Assembly (NCBI GenBank): GCA_963666205.1
Contig: OY762654.1
Location: forward strand, 256,001 to 320,000
DNA length: 64,000 nucleotides
Source: Synergistales bacterium
GTDB lineage: Bacteria > Synergistota > Synergistia > Synergistales > JAFGMB01
Direction: 5' to 3'
In this document: one piece after another, positions 59,819-64,000 of the stretch
How positions within the stretch are numbered: the first letter of the stretch is position 1
How the letters are laid out: each line of letters opens with the position of its first letter
Made by a program: the position numbers and the translations under genes
Notes under the pieces: generated by a model
Told to the model about the DNA's origin: nothing
What the model saw: only the letters and a program-made list of their open reading frames with translations
Database searches by the model: none

Positions 59819-60265
59819 TCAGCTGGAACCAGTACTTCCGAAACCTCCAGTTCCACGTTGTGTCTCCGAAAGGACATGCTGTTCATTCCACCCGATCTGT
59901 GTAACATGAGACACTATCATCTGCGCGATCCTGTCTCCAGGAACTATGGTATGCTCTTCTTTCCCATGATTTACCAATATTATTTTTATTTCACCGCGAT
60001 AATCTGCATCAATGGTGCCTGGCGAATTCAGCACTGTTACTCCGTACTTAATAGCAAGACCACTTCTAGGTCTGATCTGGGCTTCAAAACCAGGTGGAAG
60101 TTCGATATATAATCCTGTTGAAACTAAAACCCGATCACCTGGTTCTATCTTTACATGATCCATGGACCTTAAATCAAGACCTGCAGAATTACAAGTTTCG
60201 TAAACAGGAAGATCGAATTTCTGTGCTCTTGAATCACGCTTCACTTTTACAGTTATTCTCATCAT
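59819..60265 (-). CDS. dut: dUTP diphosphatase
   Basis: [37 protein letters not shown]. Confidence 0.96.
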   Translation of the reverse strand: MMRITVKVKRDSRAQKFDLPVYETCNSAGLDLRSMDHVKIEPGDRVLVSTGLYIELPPGFEAQIRPRSGLAIKYGVTVLNSPGTIDADYRGEIKIILVNHGKEEHTIVPGDRIAQMIVSHVTQIGWNEQHVLSETQRGTGGFGSTGSS

Positions 60266-60293
60266 TTTTCGCCCTGGGTTTCTCAAGGACACC

Positions 60294-62558
60294 TTACTGT
60301 CTTTGTCCCCTTGGTCGACTCGTCCGGTTTCTTGAATGATCACCTCTGGGGTGATCTCCCCTAGACCCGGAAGGTTTCGAAGTCGTATCAGAAGAAGCGC
60401 TTAAAGTTTCAAATCCCTTCTCTCTTTCTATCTCCGCAGGTAGTTGCTCTGCAAAACCCGCTTCAATAACGGCGTTTTCGTCCTGCATCAGGCGTCTTCG
60501 GGTAAGGTTGGTCCGTTTCATATCATCAATCTCTTTAACCATTACCAGGACCTGATCTCCGATCTTAAATGCATCCTCTATCTTCGGTAACCTGTGCTTG
60601 CTTACTTCACTTATGTGCAGGAGACCTTCCTTGCCAGGAAGGATCTCAACAAAGGCACCAAAGTTCATCAACCGGGTTACAGTTCCAAGATATATTTCTC
60701 CAGCTACAACCTCTTTAGTCAGGGCTTCTACCATTGCAATAGCTTCGTCCAGAGTTTCCTGCGCGGGTGCAGATATGTAGACCTGTCCGGAATCCTCTAC
60801 ATTCATCTTTACACCTGTTTTCTGGATTATTCCTTTAATGGTTTTACCACCTGGCCCTATAAGATCGCGGATCTTTTCGGTATCTATTGACATAACATGT
60901 ATTCTTGGCGCTGAGCTGGAAAGCGAAGAAGGTTCACTAATAGCTTCTTCCATTCTTTCAAGAATATGAAGTCTTCCATTTCGTGCCTGTTCGAGGGCAG
61001 ACTCCAGGATCGGGCGAGTTATTCCTCCAGCCTTATTATCCATCTGAAGAGCTGTTACTCCATCACGGGTTCCAGCCACCTTGAAATCCATATCCCCATA
61101 ATGATCTTCAAGTCCCTGAATATCAGTAAGTATCTCTACTTCCTGTCCCTCTTTGATCAATCCCATAGCAATTCCAGCGACGTGTTTTTTCAGAGGGACC
61201 CCGGCGCTCATGAGTGAAAGACTTCCACCACAGATAGAAGCCTGGGAACTGGAACCATTGGATTCAAGAATATCAGAAACAACTCTCATGACATAAGGAA
61301 ATTCCTCTTCAGAAGGTATCATTGGCTTCAATGCCCTTTCAGCAAGAGCTCCATGTCCAATTTCTCTCCTACCGGGCCCTCTCATCGGGCGCACCTCTCC
61401 CACAGAATATGGAGGAAAGTTGTAATGGAGAAGGAACCGTTTGTTAGGCTCATCTTTTTTCAGCCCATCGAGCATCTGGTCATCCTGTCCCATCATACCA
61501 AGGGTGGTAGTAGCAAGAGACTGTGTTTCTCCTCTGGTGAACAGCGCAGAACCATGGACTCTGGGAAGAACATTTGTTTCACATGAAATAGGCCGGACTT
61601 CATCCATTCTGCGTCCATCAGCTCTTACCTTTTCAACAAGGATAGCGGACCGCATTGATTTTTTTACCATCCGGTCTATACTTGCCGTAATATATTTTTC
61701 AGATCCGGGGATCTTCTCCATAAAATACTGAAGAGCTTTTTCCGTGGCTATTTTTATTTTTTCAGATCTGGGTTTCTTCTCGTGGATTTTGACGGCCTCA
61801 GAAATGGTTTCCTCTAGCTCGCTTTCAAGCCAGTTGTCAATCTCACTTATTACAAGTGGTTTAAGTATCTCTTTCTTGGGGAGACCTATCTCTTTCTGCA
61901 TTTGAAGCTGAAGTTCCACTATCTTGATGATTTCGGACTGCGCAAGTTCGATCGCATCAACAAGGATAGATTCTGATACTTCATTAGCACCTGCTTCAAC
62001 CATGGTGATACCATCGGCATGGCCAGAAACAATAAGGTCAAGAGAACTCTCTGGGATCAGCTCTTCGGTTGGGTTGACAACCAGTTCATTGTCAATAAGT
62101 CCTATACGGACCGCACCTACAGGCCCAGCCCATGGAATATCAGAAATCATGAGTGCAGCAGAAGCTGCATTTATTGCAAGTATGTTTGGTGGATTCTTTT
62201 GATCAACTGCCATTACAGTTGCAACGACATGAACATCATTTCTCAGATCTTCTTCGAAAAGGGACCTTATTGATCTGTCAATAACACGAGCACTTAAAGT
62301 TGCCGTCTCGGTAGGTCTACCCTCTCTTTTAATAAAACCTCCGGGAATTTTACCAGCAGAATAGTAGCGTTCTTCAAAATCAACAAGAAGGGGGAAAAAG
62401 TCAATACCCTCCCTTGCATAATCTGTAATACACGCGGTAGTCAATACAACAGTTTCTCCCTGTCTGGCAAGGATGGAACCAGAAGCCTGTTTCGCAAGTT
62501 TTCCCGTTTCAAAGATCATTTCCTGTCCACCAATAATGATGGAATATTTTTTTAACAT
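60294..62558 (-). CDS. pnp: Polyribonucleotide nucleotidyltransferase
   Basis: [39 protein letters not shown] and S1 domains. Confidence 0.97.
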   Translation of the reverse strand: MLKKYSIIIGGQEMIFETGKLAKQASGSILARQGETVVLTTACITDYAREGIDFFPLLVDFEERYYSAGKIPGGFIKREGRPTETATLSARVIDRSIRSLFEEDLRNDVHVVATVMAVDQKNPPNILAINAASAALMISDIPWAGPVGAVRIGLIDNELVVNPTEELIPESSLDLIVSGHADGITMVEAGANEVSESILVDAIELAQSEIIKIVELQLQMQKEIGLPKKEILKPLVISEIDNWLESELEETISEAVKIHEKKPRSEKIKIATEKALQYFMEKIPGSEKYITASIDRMVKKSMRSAILVEKVRADGRRMDEVRPISCETNVLPRVHGSALFTRGETQSLATTTLGMMGQDDQMLDGLKKDEPNKRFLLHYNFPPYSVGEVRPMRGPGRREIGHGALAERALKPMIPSEEEFPYVMRVVSDILESNGSSSQASICGGSLSLMSAGVPLKKHVAGIAMGLIKEGQEVEILTDIQGLEDHYGDMDFKVAGTRDGVTALQMDNKAGGITRPILESALEQARNGRLHILERMEEAISEPSSLSSSAPRIHVMSIDTEKIRDLIGPGGKTIKGIIQKTGVKMNVEDSGQVYISAPAQETLDEAIAMVEALTKEVVAGEIYLGTVTRLMNFGAFVEILPGKEGLLHISEVSKHRLPKIEDAFKIGDQVLVMVKEIDDMKRTNLTRRRLMQDENAVIEAGFAEQLPAEIEREKGFETLSASSDTTSKPSGSRGDHPRGDHSRNRTSRPRGQRQ

Positions 62559-62618
62559 TTGTTTTCCTCCTCAATTTTCAATCCTTTGTTTAACCTTTAA
62601 AGGATACCACATGAAAGC

Positions 62619-62651
62619 AAAAAAAGTGCGAGGGCAAGTATGCCCTCGCAC
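62619..62651 (-). terminator. rpsO terminator
   Basis: GTGCGAGGGCA-(4 nt)-TGCCCTCGCAC followed by T7 on the minus strand. Confidence 0.85.
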
Positions 62652-62669
62652 CAGATTCTCCACCTTTGA

Positions 62670-62936
62670 TCAGTGGCGCAACCCAAGTCGTTCGATCAAC
62701 GTTTTGTATCTGTTGAAATCCTTGTTCTTCAGATATCTCAAGAGTTTTCTTCTGGTACCAACCATCTTGAGGAGACCACGTTTCGAATGGAAATCCTTTT
62801 TGTGAATCTTGAGATGTTCAGTTAGATCCCTGATTCTCTGGGTCAACATGGCGACCTGGACCTCTGCGGATCCAGTATCAGAACCGTGGGCTCGATATTC
62901 TTCGATGATAGCAGATTTCTGTTCCTTCTGTAACAC
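62670..62936 (-). CDS. rpsO: 30S ribosomal protein S15
   Basis: [31 protein letters not shown] start at 62936 after GAGGTG. Confidence 0.97.
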   Translation of the reverse strand: MLQKEQKSAIIEEYRAHGSDTGSAEVQVAMLTQRIRDLTEHLKIHKKDFHSKRGLLKMVGTRRKLLRYLKNKDFNRYKTLIERLGLRH

Positions 62937-63010
62937 TTGACTCACCTCTTATACAAATTCCCGAAACCAAGAAAAACAGTAACTGTAAAACCTAGTATCG
63001 GGTTTAAAGA

Positions 63011-63039
63011 ATATTAGCATTCAAGCCTTTATTATGCAA
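63011..63039 (-). promoter_or_regulatory. Probable rpsO promoter
   Basis: TTGCAT-17 nt-TAATAT with extended TG. Confidence 0.6.
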
Positions 63040-63199
63040 GCGCCGCGACATTTCTATCAGTTCCATATAATGTCGAGGCACAGTAATGTCCTAATATTGT
63101 GCTACTGGTATCGACAACTTGCAATTATTATGATTTAATGTAAAGTAACTTGTTAAAACTAATTAATTTACACAAAACAGTATGATAGGAGGTGAGCTA

Positions 63200-63880
63200 A
63201 TGAAATTGCTGCTTATCGACAAAAACAGGGAATTATCTCAAGTACTTGTCGAAGAATTTGAAGGAAATAATTTTTTCGTTGACTATTCTGAAAGTGGCGC
63301 AGAAGGCCTTGAAAGAGTACTGAGAGGAAATTATGACTGTATAATCCTTGACCTTATGCTACCTAAAGTTGATGGCTTTCAGATTATCGAAAAGATCAGG
63401 GAAGATGGAATTGATGTACCCACTATTATCATCACAACAAAAGACTCGATTGAAGACAGGGTTGAGGGGTTTGAAAGAGGCGCTGACGATTATCTGATAA
63501 AACCTTTCGATTTTCGGGAATTACTGGCACGTGTAAAAGCTCTAATTCGAAGAAGCTCTGGGAAAAAACATCCTCTGGTCAGATGCGGTGACCTTACCCT
63601 TGATCCGATAGCAAGAGAATGTAGAATAGAAGAACAATTGATCCCCCTCCGCAAAAGAGAATTCGATATTCTTGAACTTCTTATGAGACATGAAAACCAG
63701 GTTTTTACGAGAGAAAGAATCATTTCCCACGTTTGGCAAAAAGAATATGACGGAACGAGCAATGTCGTTGACGTTCATATCAAATATCTAAGGGATAAAC
63801 TCAGGATCAATAATTATGACAGGATAGTTGTCACTGTAAGAGGAGTAGGATATAAGGTATCTTGTCCCGAATCTTACTGA
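63200..63880 (+). CDS. OmpR/PhoB-family response regulator (orphan)
   Basis: ILDLMLP, GADDYLIKPF, ELLARVKALIRR, NVVDVHIKYLRDK, TVRGVGY. ATG at 63200 after GGAGGTG. Confidence 0.93.
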   Translation: MKLLLIDKNRELSQVLVEEFEGNNFFVDYSESGAEGLERVLRGNYDCIILDLMLPKVDGFQIIEKIREDGIDVPTIIITTKDSIEDRVEGFERGADDYLIKPFDFRELLARVKALIRRSSGKKHPLVRCGDLTLDPIARECRIEEQLIPLRKREFDILELLMRHENQVFTRERIISHVWQKEYDGTSNVVDVHIKYLRDKLRINNYDRIVVTVRGVGYKVSCPESY

Positions 63881-63888
63881 TAAACTTG

Positions 63889-63941
63889 AAAATATAGAAA
63901 AGCCCCGTGAGATTTCTTCCCACGGGGCTTTTCTATATTTT
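63889..63941. terminator. Long bidirectional terminator
   Basis: AAAATATAGAAAAGCCCCGTG-11 nt-CACGGGGCTTTTCTATATTTT, 21-bp perfect stem. Confidence 0.85.
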
Positions 63942-63942
63942 T

Positions 63943-64000
63943 TTAAAGAGACATTGAAATAAAGAATGTCCGTCCTTCTCTTGAAATCAACATGACCATG
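63943..64000 (-). CDS. 3' end of a gene entering from beyond the window, possibly the last strands of a PDZ domain (HtrA/DegP-like)
   Basis: Frame ...MVMLISREGRTFFISMSL-TAA ends at the shared terminator; only 18 residues are visible. Confidence 0.35.
   Translation of the reverse strand, partial: MVMLISREGRTFFISMSL

Noticed and set aside
1..64000. CRISPR array, IS elements, prophage or defence system
   Set aside because: I saw no regularly spaced repeats and no transposase, integrase, phage or defence-type genes; almost all of the sequence is accounted for by housekeeping and transport genes.

Overview
Mostly core bacterial chromosome with GC in the low 40s percent (by eye). Nearly all genes lie on the minus strand. 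Gene order and protein features suggest an amino-acid-fermenting anaerobe, probably Synergistota (inference, not verified). Read in transcription direction (right to left), the blocks are: rpsO-pnp-dut; T-box-thrS; L20 leader-infC (AUA start)-rpmI-rplT-ktrB-ktrA-pheS-pheT-zapA-cvpA-mutS2; tRNA-Arg(CCG); an accessory amino-acid uptake block (GC-richer Liv-type ABC transporter, Na+:solute symporter, AlaX editing protein, orphan TAXI binding protein, HutP); rpmE-thyX-DUF1385-prfA-prmC-trxB-pfkB-like-M48-dnaX-dnaE-pyk-NUDIX-nfo-Orr-like racemase-cdaA-cdaR-glmM-galU-glmS ribozyme-glmS; three plus-strand genes including a myxosortase-like CPBP protease and an internally duplicated exported protein; tRNA-Gln(TTG); glmU-prs-rplY-pth-mfd-mazG-carboxyltransferase-phoH-7TM-HD (PgpH-like, truncated at the window edge). 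An orphan OmpR-family regulator sits at the right end. I saw no transposases, integrases, phage genes or CRISPR arrays. I cannot support a clearly new multi-gene system. The best leads are the CPBP/exported-protein trio, the racemase inside the c-di-AMP/cell-wall operon, the TrxB with a Cys-less thioredoxin-like tail next to a degenerate PfkB, and the HutP-linked transport block.
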